From Mobula hypostoma (Eukaryota), in NCBI RefSeq assembly GCF_963921235.1, contig NC_086097.1, positions 115,446,001 to 115,510,000 of the forward strand: DNA of 64,000 bases. The letters are read 5' to 3'. The notes below the pieces were generated by a model, which was given only the letters and a program-made list of their open reading frames with translations, ran no database searches and was not told where the DNA came from. This document shows, in pieces, positions 1 to 13,025 of this stretch; the stretch's first letter is position 1; each line of letters starts with the position of its first letter. The position numbers and the translations under genes are program-made.

Positions 1-275
1 AGTACACATTCCTCTACCATCAAGCTCCATCATCTTTATCCCTTAGTCACCTTCACTTTTTTCAACTTCCACCTTCTTGTATCATTTCCACTCTCCTAGT
101 CTCTCATCTGCCAATCAATCCCTCACCCAAATCCTCCAGCTCTTGCTCCATGCCTTCTCTGCATCATTTCATAGTGCTATCTCCCTTCTCTTGTTCAGTC
201 CAGATGATGGGTTTTGACCTGAAACATCAACTATCTATTCCCCTCCATAGATACGGTCTGACCTATTGTTCCTCG
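1..275 (+). mobile_element. Penelope-like element pLTR fragment with decayed hammerhead motif
   Basis: A pyrimidine-rich tract is followed by CAGTCCAGATGATGGGTTTTGACCTGAAACATCAACT and CCATAGAT...CTGACC, matching the pLTRs at 41760-41905 and 62340-62460. Confidence 0.7.
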
Positions 276-359
276 TGACTGTCTTCACGAGATAGTCTCA
301 TCTGCTTGCATTTTCTACCAGTCTAGACCTTTTCTATACAAGAAACTGTCCCAAGTGCC

Positions 360-1030
360 TTTGGGATGTTGTAAGTATCATCACAAAGAAGGCACAACAA
401 AACCTTTACGGTCTTAGAAGTTTGTGTAGATTTGGCATGTCATCAAAAACTCTGACAAACTTCTACAGTTGCACAGTGAAGAGTATTCTGATTGGTTGCA
501 TCACTGCCTGGTATAGAAACACAAATGCCCATGAATGGAATCACCTACAAAAAAGTGCTGGAAACAGTACAGGCAAAGACCACCCCACCACTGAGCATAT
601 CTACAAGGAGCACTTCCACAAGAAAGCAGCATCCATCATCAATGACTCCCACCGTCCAGGCCATGCTCTTTTCCCATTGCTGCCATCGGGAAGGAGGTAC
701 AGGAGCCTTAGGCCCCACACCGCCAGGTTCAAGAACAGTTATTAACTATCAACCATCAGGCTTCTGAACTGGAGTGTATAGCTTCACTCACCTCAACTCT
801 GAACTCATTCCACAATCACTTTCAAGTGTTCTCTAACTTATGTTTGCCGTATGATTTATTTACTTTTTAATATTTGCAATTTGTCTTCTTCTGCACATTG
901 GTTGTTTTTTAGGCTTTGTGTACAGTCTTTCATTGATTCTATTGTATTTCTTTGTTCTATTGTGAGTGCCTGCAAGAAAATAAATGTTAAGGTAATGTGT
1001 TGACGTATACAGTATGCACTTTGGATAGTG
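360..1030 (+). mobile_element. Rex1/Babar-clade LINE 3' fragment
   Basis: ORF 422-745 reads TLTNFYSCTVKSILIGCITAWY...HALFPLLPSGRRYRSL...TARFKNSY, typical of the Rex1/Babar RT C-terminus, followed by 3' UTR. Confidence 0.8.
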
Positions 1031-1049
1031 GATCTTCCTCGAACTTTGA

Positions 1050-2080
1050 ACTCTAAACATTGCCTCCTCTCCTTCCTCTGCAGCTTGTCCAATATACCTA
1101 GCACCATCTGTGGCCACCTTTCAATATTGCCCCTCTCATCTTAAACATGTGCTGTCTAGTTTTAAACTTCCCTACCTTGGGAAACATTTTCTGAACGTTC
1201 ACTTTCTCAATGCCTCTCATTATTTTGTCAACCTTTATAAATTACCCCTCAGCCTCCTTCATTTCAGAGAAAACAGATCCAGCCTATTCAGTCAGTGAGA
1301 TCCAGCCTTCCCTCTTGACTCAAGCTCCCTTGTCCCGACACTATCCTGGTAAATCTTTCCTGCACCCTCTCCAGCTTAATATCATCTGTTCTATCGATTG
1401 GTGACCAGAGTTAAGCCTGATTTATACTTCTGCGTCAACTCGATGCTGTAAGTACTGTGTCGCCACAAAGCCTACGCAGAGCCAACGCAAATCCCTATGC
1501 CAAAGCCTGACGCACACCTCTCCGAAAATGTAACTGCGCGGCACAGCAATGCAGAACGCAACAACTGTGATCGGTCCGCTTGGTAGCATTGCGTTTCCTC
1601 CTACGCTGCAATAGCTTCCCATTGGCCGACTGAAGGGCAGGGAAGGAACTCTGGCTGCAATGCTTTCCATCAAGCTTTACAGACCTCCGAAATTATGGAG
1701 GATACATTCCGCTTTTACGAAAAAAGACACTCGTTTTAAACTTGTTTACCCCGACAAAGACTACCATGACCATGAAGCCTTGTGCGGGCAGGTGTGTGCG
1801 CATGCACAACGTGCCCAAATTGCAGAGTGACGCAGACACACCAACGCACAAGTATAAATGCTCACAACTCGCGTCAGTCATTTGTGTAGGTTACGGCGTC
1901 AAGTTGACGCAGAATTATAAATCAGGCTTAACACACAATATTTCAGATGTGATACCACCTGTAGAACTGCAGCATGACATCCTAACACTTATGCTAAGTT
2001 CCATGTCCAATGAAGACAAACTTACCTTTTCAGCAGCTGTGTCACCACTTTCAGGGAAGTATATAACCCACTACTAATGC
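1050..2080 (-). mobile_element. Degenerate CR1 LINE fragment interrupted by a MITE
   Basis: CR1-like antisense sequence (ATCCTGGTAAATCTTTCCTGCACCCTCTCCAG...GGTGACCAGA | CACACAATATTTCAGATGTG) continues on both sides of the 1414-1928 insertion. Confidence 0.65.
1414..1928. mobile_element. Non-autonomous DNA transposon (MITE) with ~27-bp TIRs; superfamily uncertain
   Basis: Left end AGCCTGATTTATACTTCTGCGTCAACT and right end AGTTGACGCAGAATTATAAATCAGGCT differ by 1 mismatch. Both ends sit in a TTAA context (TA or TTAA TSD). The interior is CpG-rich with no recognisable transposase. Confidence 0.9.
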
Positions 2081-2257
2081 TGCCACTGGCATCCTATAAG
2101 GCGATGATTAGAGATATTTGGAAAAAATGGTTCAGAAGGTTTAAAGACATTTAAAATATTTACTCATTTAAGTAAAAGAAATTAAATTAAAATATTAAAA
2201 TATGAACAAAAATAAAAATACAACATTTACTTGCACATATCTTTTTGAACCAGTTTC

Positions 2258-2456
2258 AGCAACACACACAAAATGCTGGAGGAACTCAGCAGGCAGGCAG
2301 CACCTATGGAAAAAAGTACAGTGGACCTGCAGGAGAGTCTCAGCCTGAAACATCGACTGTATTTTTTCTATAGATGCTGCCTGGCCTGCTGAGTTCCTCC
2401 AGCATTATGTGTGTGTTGCTTGGATTTCTAGCATCTGCAGATTTTCTCTTCTTTGT
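2258..2456 (+). mobile_element. PLE-derived fold-back mini-element (inverted pLTR tails around a decayed hammerhead core)
   Basis: 2258-2322 (AGCAACACACACAAAATGCTGGAGGAACTCAGCAGG...) is the reverse complement of about 2356-2420. The centre is CTGCAGGAGAGTCTCAGCCTGAAACATCGACTG. Confidence 0.8.
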
Positions 2457-2974
2457 AAAAAAGATTGATGATCGTTTTGAATGACTCACATTGCTAACTG
2501 CAGCTAAAGCTGAGAACTGGATGTCTCAGTGTGTCTAAGCTCCGCTCCTGGACTCAATGAATCCAGCATTGTGAAAGGAGTCAGCAGCACCAGCTTCCAA
2601 CTGCCACCTTGATGTGCTCTCTCTGTTGCAATATGAAAGCACATGAGTCAACTCATCCATTCATTATAGTGAGATGGCAGTCTTCAGTTTAACTATTGCC
2701 TTGTGGGCAGTATAGCCTGGTTCAGTATACCACCCCCCCCACCCACCCCGATTATTGACGGACTGAAAGTAAATCTAGCTTTCTGCCCAGGATGAAATAT
2801 GACCTTCCTTCACTTCTTTTCCAGTCTCTAAAAGGAGATAAAATCAGGAGGGTAATGTAACATTTTAAATATTTTTTTTAAAAGTATAACAGTCAAAATT
2901 ATCAAAGGAACTGCATGATCCTTTGTAACAATTCCTGAGCAAACTAACCATTGAGATCAAAGTTCTACTCTTCA

Positions 2975-3700
2975 GCAGAAGAAGGTGGCGTCAGCGAACA
3001 ACACTACAAAAAGCGACGTCCTCAAGATGGGTCACAAAGCAATTCCTTTCCGTTCTTTTACATCTTCTCTTTATTTCAGGTGTGATTCTGCTTCTGTTAG
3101 AGCCTGTAATCTACATTCTGGCAGTGTGATTTTGGGTCAACCAGGTGATCTGGCGCTTTACTGTGTCTGGATGTGTTCCCTAAGGCTGTGACCAAAGCCT
3201 ATGGCATGGAGGCCAGGAAGTGAGGAGACAGACCGTGAGCCCATGATCAACTCCATCTCTCATCAATCTCACCAATTAAAGTTCTGAGGAAGACTGAAAT
3301 CACCAAGGTGAGTGACTGTTTAGCGCCGTCTACCAGCCTCTCGCTTACTGCTCCCAAGGGAAGGTCCTTGTGTTCAAGTGATCTCTCTCTCTCCCTTGAT
3401 GCTGTTTGGGCAATTTTTGAATTGGGGCAGCCTGCAAACAATAAACATTGAGCTGAACTACTCTGAAATATGCCTTTTGATTTTATCTTTTATATGCTGT
3501 GTTTTTGCTTGTTTTTTGTTGCCTTTTGCATAATCTTTGTGTGTGGGGGGAATGAAGGGGAGGGTTTATGTCTGATGTTTTGCTTTTAAATGGGTTTGTT
3601 CCATGGTTCTTCTTGTTTCATGGTTGTCTGTGGAGAAGACAAATTTCAGAGTTGTAAGCCGCATACATACTTAGATAATAAATGTATCTTGAATAAAAAA
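2975..3700 (+). mobile_element. Non-autonomous retroelement with Rex1/Babar-type 3' tail
   Basis: Non-coding body ends GAAGACAAATTTCAGAGTTGTA...CATACATACTTAGATAATAAATGTATCTTGAA plus an A-tract, like the tail of the Rex1 copy ending near 44050. Confidence 0.55.
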
Positions 3701-3829
3701 AAAGCAGTACACAGCACTGTGATTTTTAATCAGAATGTTTAAATGTGAACTTTTACTAAACATTATCCTCATGGCTTGGAGCAGTCCGATATGTGCACAA
3801 GGATGGTATTGTGCCAATCCCAAAAAATT

Positions 3830-5205
3830 TCTAGAATTGAATTGCTGGAGGTGATTCTAAGGGATAGGATCTACCAACATTTGGAGAGACAGGGATTTAG
3901 GATTCGGGACAGTTATCACATCTTTATGCATGGGAAATCATGTCTGACAAATCAATTAGAGTTCTTCAAAGAGGTAAGCAAGAGGGTAGATGAGGTTAGA
4001 GTGGTGGATGTTATCTATATGAACTTTAGCTTGGTCTTTGCATTCCTCATTGCAGGTTACTCTAGAAGGTTTGATCTTACGGGAGTCAGGGAGAGATAAT
4101 GGATTGAACTCATTGTTAGATCAGTGGTAGGAAGCAGAAGTGACGGTTAAGGGTTGTTTCTCAGAATGGAAGCATGTGTCTAGTGGTATGCCATGGGGGT
4201 TGGTCCTGGGGCACATGTAGATAGTAATTTATATCTCAATTTGCATGTGAATGTACATGTCATGGTTAGTAAGTTTGCTGATGATACTAAAGTAGGTGAT
4301 GTTCCACAGAGTGTAAAAGATTATAAACATTACACGAGGCTCTTGGTCAGCTAACTGTAAGGGCTGAGGACTGGCAAATAGCAATTTGGCTGAGGATTGG
4401 CTCTGCATTTGGCAAATGAGATAAATGTAAGATATTGCATTTTGGGAGATCAAACCATCATGGGATTTATACAGTGAATGCTAGGTCCTGGGGTGCATTA
4501 TGGAACAGAGGGACCTAGGAATGCAAATATATATTTGCTGAAATTGGAACCTCAGGAAGATAGGGTGGTGAAGAAAATGTTTGCCATGCTGGTCTTCATC
4601 AGTCTGGGCACTGAGTACAGGGGTTGGGAAGTATTTTGCAGTTGTATAAGGCATTGGCGAAGCCCCACTTGGAATATTGTGGACAGTTTTGATCACTCTG
4701 TCTTTGTTATTAAACTAGAAAGAGTACAGAAAAATTTACCAGGATGTTGCCTGGACTTGGGATCCTAAGGTTCAAGGAGAGGTTACGTAGACTAAGACTT
4801 CATTCCATGGAATGTAGGAGGTTGTGGAGTGATCTGATAGAGGTATAAAAGACCATGAGGGGCACAGACAGGCTGAAAACACATAGTCATTTTCCCAAGG
4901 AGTTGGGACCAAAAATAAGAGGGCATAGGTTTATGATTAGGGGCAAGAGATGTAAAACAGGGGCATTGGGGGGTTCTTCATGCAAAGGGTGGTGCATATT
5001 TGGAATGAGCTGTCAGAAATAATAGTTGAGATGGGTACATTCAAAACATTTAAAATCCATCAAGATAAGTAGATAGATAGGAGGGTCTAGGCGGCCATGG
5101 GTCAAGTGTGGGAGAATTTGACTAGCTCGCTGGGCAACACGGTCTGCATGGATAATTTGGGTTGAAGTGCCTGTTTACATGCAGTCTGTTCCTATGACTC
5201 CAATA
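3830..5205 (+). mobile_element. Degenerate CR1 LINE 3' part (RT to 3' end)
   Basis: Translation fragments GKSCLTNQLEFFKEVSKRVDE..VDVIYMNFS, SKFADDTKVG and KLERVQK; many stops and frameshifts. Confidence 0.85.
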
Positions 5206-5539
5206 ACTACTGCTTGTTCTAAATGTTGTGACAATACAGAGCAATATATTGTTTTGTTATGGTACTTGATGAGCTGGATAGTAATATCAGGCCAAGTTAA
5301 AAGACGTAAAATACTAATGAGAAATCAGAGTCACAAGAGGCTGCCGAAGTAGTTTCAAATACCACCACTGCCAAAATGGGCAATTTAGTCGGAGAATTAA
5401 TGAGAAATTAGCAATGGTGTCAACAAGAATGCAAGGAGGACAGAAGCGTCTGATGTTCTTCCAAACGCTTTTAAAGGAGCCATTCACAAACAGGAATCAT
5501 ATTTGATAAGTAGTACTGTGATGTGTGATGTTCACCTTG

Positions 5540-5945
5540 GGTCTATAAATGGGTCCTCAGGTGACTGTAGAGGCTGACTCAGATCCACATGTTCTGGTGC
5601 CGCGTGGGCAAGAGTAAGTGGTGGCTGTGGTTAGCGGTTGTTCAGTCTCTCCTTCACAGCTGCTGCTTGTTCTCTGCCGCACAACGGAGGTCATTCTCAT
5701 GTAGCACAGCTCCTTCTCGAACAGCTTTCCTCCAGGTGTATCTGTTGAGTGCAATGCCTTCCCAGTTTTTACATATAATATTTAATTTCTTCAGGTTGAT
5801 TTTGAGTTTATCCTTAAAACGTTCCCTTTGTCCATCAGGGGCTCGTTGACCTACCTTCAACTGGGAGTAAAATGTCTGTTTGTGGAGCTGTGAGTTAGGC
5901 ATCTGAATGACATGACCTATTCATCAGAGTTTGAAAAGTAACCAT
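5540..5945 (-). mobile_element. RTE (BovB-like) LINE 3' end
   Basis: ORF 5654-5902 reads PDGQRERFKDKLKINLKKLNI..WEGIALNR..WRKAVREG, followed by a decayed zinc finger (YSCPRGTRTCGS). Confidence 0.8.
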
Positions 5946-6054
5946 GTTTAAATTGCCTTCTATAGTACTTACATCATCCATTTTATTTTTTTAATGAGAT
6001 ACTCAGAATATTCTAATAAATATTGATCCAAGTATGTTTCACATATTCTTTTTT

Positions 6055-6305
6055 TTAGAAGATACAGCATGGTAGCAGGCCCCCTCCAGCCCAATGAATT
6101 CACGCCACCCAATTGCACCCACGTAAAAAAAATGAACCTATTTACCTTCTCGTCCTTGGACTGTGGGAGGAAGCCTGAGCACCAGGAGGAAATCCATGCA
6201 TTCACAAGATGAACATCCGACATCCTTACAGACAGCAGTGGGAACTGAACACTGGTCACTGGTGCTGTAGAGGTATTATGGTAACCTTTACACTACCATG
6301 TCACC
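6055..6305 (-). mobile_element. tRNA-derived SINE (V-SINE/HE1-like)
   Basis: GGACTGTGGGAGGAAGCCTGAGCACCAGGAGGAAATCCATGCA...CTTACAGACAGCAGTGGGAACTGAAC is the antisense V-domain and B-box. Confidence 0.75.
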
Positions 6306-6844
6306 CACATGTGAAGCTTCTGACCCAACACCCCATCTTATTCAATAAATAGTTGAAAATGTGTGTCAGCTTCCTTAAATACAGGGATTTACTAATAGAA
6401 TGTTTGATTCTAAATGAAAAGTTTCTCTGTGTGGTGCACAGGTGGTTGACTGGAGCTGCCAGTATTGAACTGCCTTCTCCCATGTCTAGTGTGATAGAGA
6501 AATGTTGGTATAAATTGAGTGATGGCACAGCCATCTGTCCCTTAAACTGTATGCCTCACTGGCTTCAGAAAGGATTCCCATTTGCGACTGGCCAAATTGC
6601 GTTTCCAAATGTTACAGCAATTTTTATTAACTAAGCAGCTGGCTTTACCTTCTCAGTGCAAATTCACTCAGTGGCTCCAAATCACTGATTTCCAGGATAG
6701 GTGCTACTTCCGCTGTTGTGTTCATAAAAGAGAGAGTCCCAATTTTAAAGAGATAAAGATAAAGAGATAGTCACATATACACCAAAATGTACAACAAAAT
6801 GCTTTGTTTGTGTTAAATCCAATAATTGAGGGTTGTGCTGGGAA

Positions 6845-7052
6845 GCTTCCATTACCAACATAGCATGTCCATAACTCACTAATCTTAACTTGTACGTCTG
6901 TGAAATGTGGGAGGAAACTGCAGCATCTATAGAAACCCACGTGGTCATGAGGAGAATATATAAACTCCTAACAGACAACAGTGGGGATTGAACCCCAATT
7001 TTACAGCCGGCATTCTAATAGTGTTACACTAACCACTATGCCACTGTGCTGT
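6845..7052 (-). mobile_element. tRNA-derived SINE (V-SINE/HE1-like)
   Basis: ATGTGGGAGGAAACTGCAGCATCTATAGAAACCCACG...GGGGATTGAACCC...ACTAACCACTATGCCACTGTGC gives antisense A and B boxes. Confidence 0.75.
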
Positions 7053-7149
7053 CCTTAGTTTTAGCCCAAATAAAACCATAAAACTCTGCAAATTATTCCC
7101 AAATCTTGTGGGGACTTGGACCAAGATTCTACTTAATTGCCAGATAACT

Positions 7150-9455
7150 TTATTTATTGACAATATTTGAATCTCATATTCAAATGTGATAACCTGGAAT
7201 CTGAGCTTCAAACACTGCTAAGCATTAAAAAGGGGGAGAGTTACCTATACAATCTGTTTCAGGAGACAGTCACATCCATTAGGGATTGGGACAAGAGGGT
7301 TCTCACTGTGAGTGAGGTAGGTAGAGGGAATCCAAGCGGTAGTGCTGAAGGAGCCTCAGCCCTTGAGACTTTGGGAAATGTACTGGTAACTGGGGACAGT
7401 ATAGTAAAGGGAATAGACACAATTCATTATTGCAAGGATTGAAAGCCCCAAAGGCTATGTTGTCTAACTGGTGCCCGATCCAGGACATTTCATCTGACCT
7501 GCAGGGAAATTTGAAGTGGAAGGAGGAAGATCCATTTGTAGTGATTTATGTGGGTAACAGTAGCATAGATAGAAGAAAGAAAGAGGCTCTGAGAGAAAAT
7601 TTGAGCAGATATGGACTGAATTTAAAACACAGAGCGAAAAAGATAACAATCTCTGTATTGTTAGCTGAACCACTGCAAATTGGCACAGGGTTAATAAGGT
7701 CAGAGGCTAAATTCATGGCTCAAAGATTGGTGATGGAGAAATGGGTTTGAATTCACGGGACATTAGCACCAGTATTGGGGAAGGGGGGAGCTGTTCTGAT
7801 GGATGGGCTTCTCCTGAACCATGCTGTGACCGGGGTCATGGCTAATCATATAACCAGGGCTATGGATAGGTCTTTAGACTAAATAGTAAGGGCGTGGGTT
7901 CAACAGTTTTGAAAAGAATGGATAAAGTAAAAGGAAAGGAGAGTGCAGGAAAGATAACCGAAGTCTCCAGAATAAAGAATAAAATGAAACGTTCAGAATA
8001 TAACTTCAGACAAAATTGAAAAGCGTGGAAAATACAGAGACAATGGTGCTAGATTTGAATGCACACAGTATACATAATAAGGTGGATGATAGTGAAGTGT
8101 AGTTAAAAATTGGCAGTTATGACATTGTGGACAACACAGAGCCATGACTGTAAGAACAGCTGAACATCCAAGAATTAATATCCTGTTGTAAACACAGGCA
8201 GTAGGACAGAGAGAATGAGAAAGTTCTATGTTGGTAAAAAAAAATGAAATAGGATCAGAAGGTGTGGAGTCCTTGTGGGTAGAGTTAAGGAACTGCAAGG
8301 GTAAAAAGTAACCCGATGGAAGTTGTATACAGGCCTCCAAACAGTAGCCAGGGTGTAGAGAACAAATTACACTGGGAGATAGAAAAGGCATGTAAATAGG
8401 ACAATATTACGATAGTTACAGGTTATTTCAATGTGCAGGAAGATTGGGTAAATCAGGTTGGTACTGGATCCCAAGGGAAGGAATTTGTAGAATGCCTATA
8501 AGACAGTTATTAGTACAGCTTATGGTTGAGCACTCTCGGGAAAAGGCAATTCTAGAAGAGGCGTGGATTGAATCAGATTTGATTAGGGAGCTTAAAGATA
8601 AGGAGCCCTTAGGAGAGAGTGAGTATTGTATGTTAAAATTCACTCTGCAGTTTGAAAGGAAGAAGGTAAAAATGGAGATGCAATATAGGTATTGCAGTGG
8701 AGTAATGGGAACTAATGGGTGATATGAGACAGGAGCTATCCAAAGTTGATTAGAAGGGGGCACCAGCAGAGATGACCATAGAGCAGCAATGACCAGAGCT
8801 TCAGAGAATAATTCAGAAGCTGCAGGATTGGTTCATCCCAAAGAAGCAGCATTCTAAAGGAGGATGAGGCAAACTGTGGCTAACAAGGGACATCAAAGAC
8901 AACATAAAATCGAAAGACAGAGCATATAATATAGCAGAACTTACTGGGAAGCAAGAAGATTAGGAAGTTTTTTTGAAATGAAAAAAAAAACCAACAAAAA
9001 AAGCAATAAGGAGAGAAAAAAATGAATTATGAAGGTAAGCCAGCTAATAATAAAAAGTGGATACCAATTTTTTCAATATATATGAAGAGTGAAAGAGAGG
9101 CATGTGTGGAGTCAGTAGATGTTGCTTACTTGGATTTTCAGTAGGCCTTCGACAAAGCACTATGCACAAAGCTACTAAACAAGATAAGAACCCATGGTAT
9201 TATAGGAAAGATACTCGCATGTACATAAGATTGGCTGCCTGGCAGAATGCAAAGAGTGGGAATAAAGGGAGCCTTTCCTGGTTAGCTGCTGGTGACAAAT
9301 GATGTGAAGATGAGATGAAAGATTTATTACTGAGGCCCACTGTCAGAATGCTGGCATCAGAATAAATTAGCCTTGATGGAATTATGGAGAAGACTCTGTG
9401 GCCCAGATTGCCTAATTCTGCTCCTAAATCTTATGGATTTATGGTTTTATGATCT
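7150..9455 (+). mobile_element. Degenerate CR1 LINE with internal deletions (ORF1 esterase, endonuclease, 3' end)
   Basis: Remnants include NVLVTGDSIVKGID and VVIYVGNS (SGNH esterase ORF1), the endonuclease motif VYRPPN near 8324-8342, RT pieces, and a CR1 3' UTR near 9370-9450. Confidence 0.8.
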
Positions 9456-9939
9456 TAGAGCATGGATGAAGTATGGCAAGAAGTCCTATGTTCTCTCATG
9501 CACAATCAAGGTCCATGAAGACGTCCTAATTGTGACCTTGAATCAGTCATGTGGAGATTCGAACTGTAGATGTAAAAGGTCTTTATTCAGCACAGGCATT
9601 CAGACTAAGACTGGTGGAAGATTGTTTCCTGTGAGAGCCTCCTGGTCGAATCTCTCTGAACTCAAAGTACATGGAACATTAGTAGAACAAAGAAAAAAGC
9701 AGTTGATTGAAAACAATTTTAATAATTACAACTTCATACCCTGAGTGCAGACAAATTGTTCCATTGAATTACTTATTTATCATAGGAGCATATCTTAATT
9801 TACAAGATGCCTCTAAGTACCTTATCAAGGTAAATAATTCAGATAAATAGTTTAAAAGTTTCTGAGATCAGAAACCCCATCATACAGAATTAGTGTTGTG
9901 TGGGTTAAGTCTTTAAGTACACAAGTACCTTAATTATTA

Positions 9940-10290
9940 ATTCAGATTTTGATTCAGATTTATTTATCACATGTACATTGAACCATACAGTGAAATGTGT
10001 TGTTTACATTAACAACCAGAACAACCTAAGGATGTTCTGGGGGCAGCCCACAAGTGTCACCACACACTTCAGCACCCACATAGTATACCCCTCATGTTCA
10101 GCAGAACAGCACAAGTGACAACAACGACTGCAAAGAAAAAAACAATATCAGGAGAAAAAGCCTATTTCCCACTCTCCCGCCTACCCATTCACACACAGAG
10201 AAAGGCAACCAACCCCACAACAGGTTGCCTCCAGGCCTCCAAAACTCTAATCCCTGTGCCTGCACTCTCAGACTTACAGCATTAGGCCTC
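9940..10290 (-). mobile_element. Non-autonomous element with Rex1/Babar-type tail
   Basis: ATTCAGATTTATTTATCACATG...GGGGGCAGCCCACAAGTGTCACCACAC is the reverse complement of the family at 60440-60830 and resembles 45480-45720. Confidence 0.6.
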
Positions 10291-10299
10291 CATCCTCAT

Positions 10300-10835
10300 G
10301 ACTTGTCCAGACATTCCCACTCCAACATGTTGGTCCTCTACTGCTAAGAAGAGTCCACACTCATGTTGAAGGGCAACACCACATATTGTGCCTGGGAAAC
10401 CTTCAATCTGATGGCATGAATATCAATTTCTCCAGCTTTCAGTAATTTCTCCACCCTCCACTTTCTTTCTTCTTCCATTCCCTGTCTGGTTCCCCCTCAC
10501 CTTCTTTCTTCTCCTTACCTACCTATCAACTCACTAGTGTCCCTTTTCCTTCCATTTCTCCTTTGGACCACTCTTCTCTCCCATCAGATTCCTTCTTCAG
10601 CCCTTTACCTTTTCCACCTATCATCTCCCTGCTTCTCACTTCACCCCCCAACCCCAAAATCTACCTTCCTCTATCATATTCTAATGTGTACTCCGTCCCC
10701 TCCCCCTGCCTTCTTATCCTGACTTATTCCCCATTTATTTCCAGTCCTGATGAATTGTTTTGGCCCAAAACAATGACTCTATTCCTTTCCATAGATGCCA
10801 CCTGAGTTCCTCTTGTATTTTGTGCATGTTGCTTG
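10300..10835 (+). mobile_element. Penelope-like element 3' fragment (GIY-YIG C-terminus plus pLTR)
   Basis: Decayed copy of 41460-41602 (GGTCCTCTACTGC...GCAACACCACATATTG...GGCATGAATATCAATTTCTCCAGCTTTCAGTAA), then a pLTR with CAGTCCTGATGAA at about 10742. Confidence 0.8.
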
Positions 10836-10984
10836 ATGTAGTAAACAGAATCACCAAAGAGTTGAACACAATCCAATTCAAACACATGTGTTTAATGAAA
10901 TTTGTCATGTTACTAACCAGCTCTTCTGGGTCTGGTCCCCAGGCTAAGAGAAATCATTCTTCTTACTAACCCGAGGAAAAAGGG

Positions 10985-11090
10985 CACAGGGGAGAGAGAG
11001 AGAGTGAATGAGTGGGGGAGTGAGTAAGTGACAGAGAGAGAGAAGGGGAGGTGGGAGAGGGAGTGGGAATGGGAGAGGGAGTGGGAGAAA
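10985..11090 (+). repeat. GA/G-rich purine tract
   Basis: (GA)n and GGGAGTGGGA repeats are directly visible. Confidence 0.8.
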
Positions 11091-11509
11091 TCAAAGAGTT
11101 GTGTTAAACTTCTAACTAATATTCTTTGTTTGGCTTCGTCTCATAAACGGGAACCTGTCTTTAGTTTTTAATTTAAATGACAAACAGTAATTAGTCTGAA
11201 GTTAAAAGGACAGCTTTGCAAAGAAACAGCACCGTATATAGAGAACAGACAACACTGGTTAAGTTACTTAGTTCAAGAAAGCTTGCACACCAGATTGATG
11301 CTATTGTAGAATGTTGTGAATTAAATATATGAGAATTGTTTTATGTGCTAACAAAAGCCACCATCCCGGGGAGTCTCCTTTTGGCAGCGTATGAAGTAAG
11401 TCGTCTTCTTGTCTCAGCTCCGTCCTTCATAACTTACTTTCCACTGCTAGATCTGTCTTAAGTTTGAAGACTTATCATATTTGCTGAAAGAGTTTACGGT
11501 TTAATTACG

Positions 11510-12400
11510 ATGATTGGAACTGAATTACGTAGTGGCAAAACTCTTCCTGAGCCACAACAAACAGAGAAATCAGAGGAAGTTTCTACTTCAGAGAGAATGT
11601 TTTCTTTAATGGAAGCTATTAATGTGAAGATCAGTACGCTGGATACTAAAATGGGTAAATTGACGAAAGCTAATGAATTGTTTGAAAAAACTAACATTGC
11701 TATTCAGGAGTCTTTGAAGAGTTTGGAAGATCGATATCAGACGCTTAAGCAGAGTACTCACAGAATTGAAAGGGATTTTGAATTAATGGATCAATCTATT
11801 AAGGAACAGGATTTGAAAGTGTCTTTTATGGAAAAGAAAATTAATGAGAATACCTAAGGATTAAGAAGAAAACGATTGAGTTGATAAGCAGAAATCGCAG
11901 GATAAATTTACGTATACTGGGTTTGCCTGAAAATACGGAAACTGGTGAGCCACTGAAGTTTTTTCGAACATGCTATATTCACTTTTTGGTGACATTCTCA
12001 AAGCTTGTCTGATATTGGACAGAGCCCACAGAATTTGGCGTTTTAAACCATCAGCCGAAATTAAACCACGTCCTGGAATTCTCTGTTTGCATTATTTTAC
12101 AACCCAAGAAGCTATTCTTCGGAATGCAAGGAAAAGGGATAAGCTGATCTACAATGAAGTTCAGATTTGTATAGTGGAAGATTTTGCCCCAGAGATTAAT
12201 GCCGAAAGAATTAAATATCAGGAAGTGATGGCGGAATTTTTAAAAATGAATTGTCGTCCGTCGTTACGTTATCCGGCACGTTTGATGATTACCCCACCAA
12301 ATGCTTGTCTAAGACGGATTGACTCTCCAGAAGATGGTTGGAAATTTATAATGAGTTTAAGTCCACTTCGCAAGCAATTTGAAAAGTTGATCCTTAGCTG
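11510..12400 (+). pseudogene. L1 ORF1p (coiled coil, RRM, CTD), disrupted
   Basis: Coiled-coil-like ORF 11510-11857, then NRRINLRILGLPE, LDRAHR, KPRPGIL and ICIVEDFAPE...SLRYPARL; contains stops and frameshifts. Confidence 0.85.
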
Positions 12401-13025
12401 GGAGTGGTTTGTAATGCCGTTGATGAAAGTCCGCTTTTCGTTTTATCAATGTTCAGATACAGTCTTGGTTAACTTACTTAGATCTATTGTTGTTTGCTTT
12501 AACAGTTAATGCAGTTCTGAATTTAATTCATATATATTTATTTTTTCTTTAATTTGTAGGTCTTTAATATTAGTTGTAGTATATATTAGTATTTATCCTT
12601 CTTTTTTGAATACATGGCTGTGTGTTTTAAATGGATTTAAGATGGCCATCGTTAACTCGGTCTTAATTACTGTTAGACATAATATGAAAATATTTGGAAT
12701 TTGTTTACTTCTTTGTGTGTTCTTTGTTATGTCTTTTTGGAGGTGGTAATTTTTTTACTTTGTAAATGGAACTGCCATCTGGAGACAGGGGTTAAAGGTC
12801 AGTAGTTTAGCATGTTGTTCGCCTATTGGATGATTTCTGGGCTTTTGGGGGAGGTAAGTGGGCCTATTAGGTTAGTTTTTTTTGGACTGGGCAGTCCTGA
12901 GGGGTTTCTCCTTGTCAATCTTCTTGCTGTACTTTCTGATTGAGTCAAGCTTCGACCTTTCTTCCATTTTAGGCTGTGCCTGCACGTTAGATTACCTTAT
13001 TGAATGTTTAAATTAAATTTTAAAT

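Noticed and set aside
9531..9930. Possible solo LTR (TG start, antisense AATAAA)
   Set aside because: I could not fix a CA end or a TSD.
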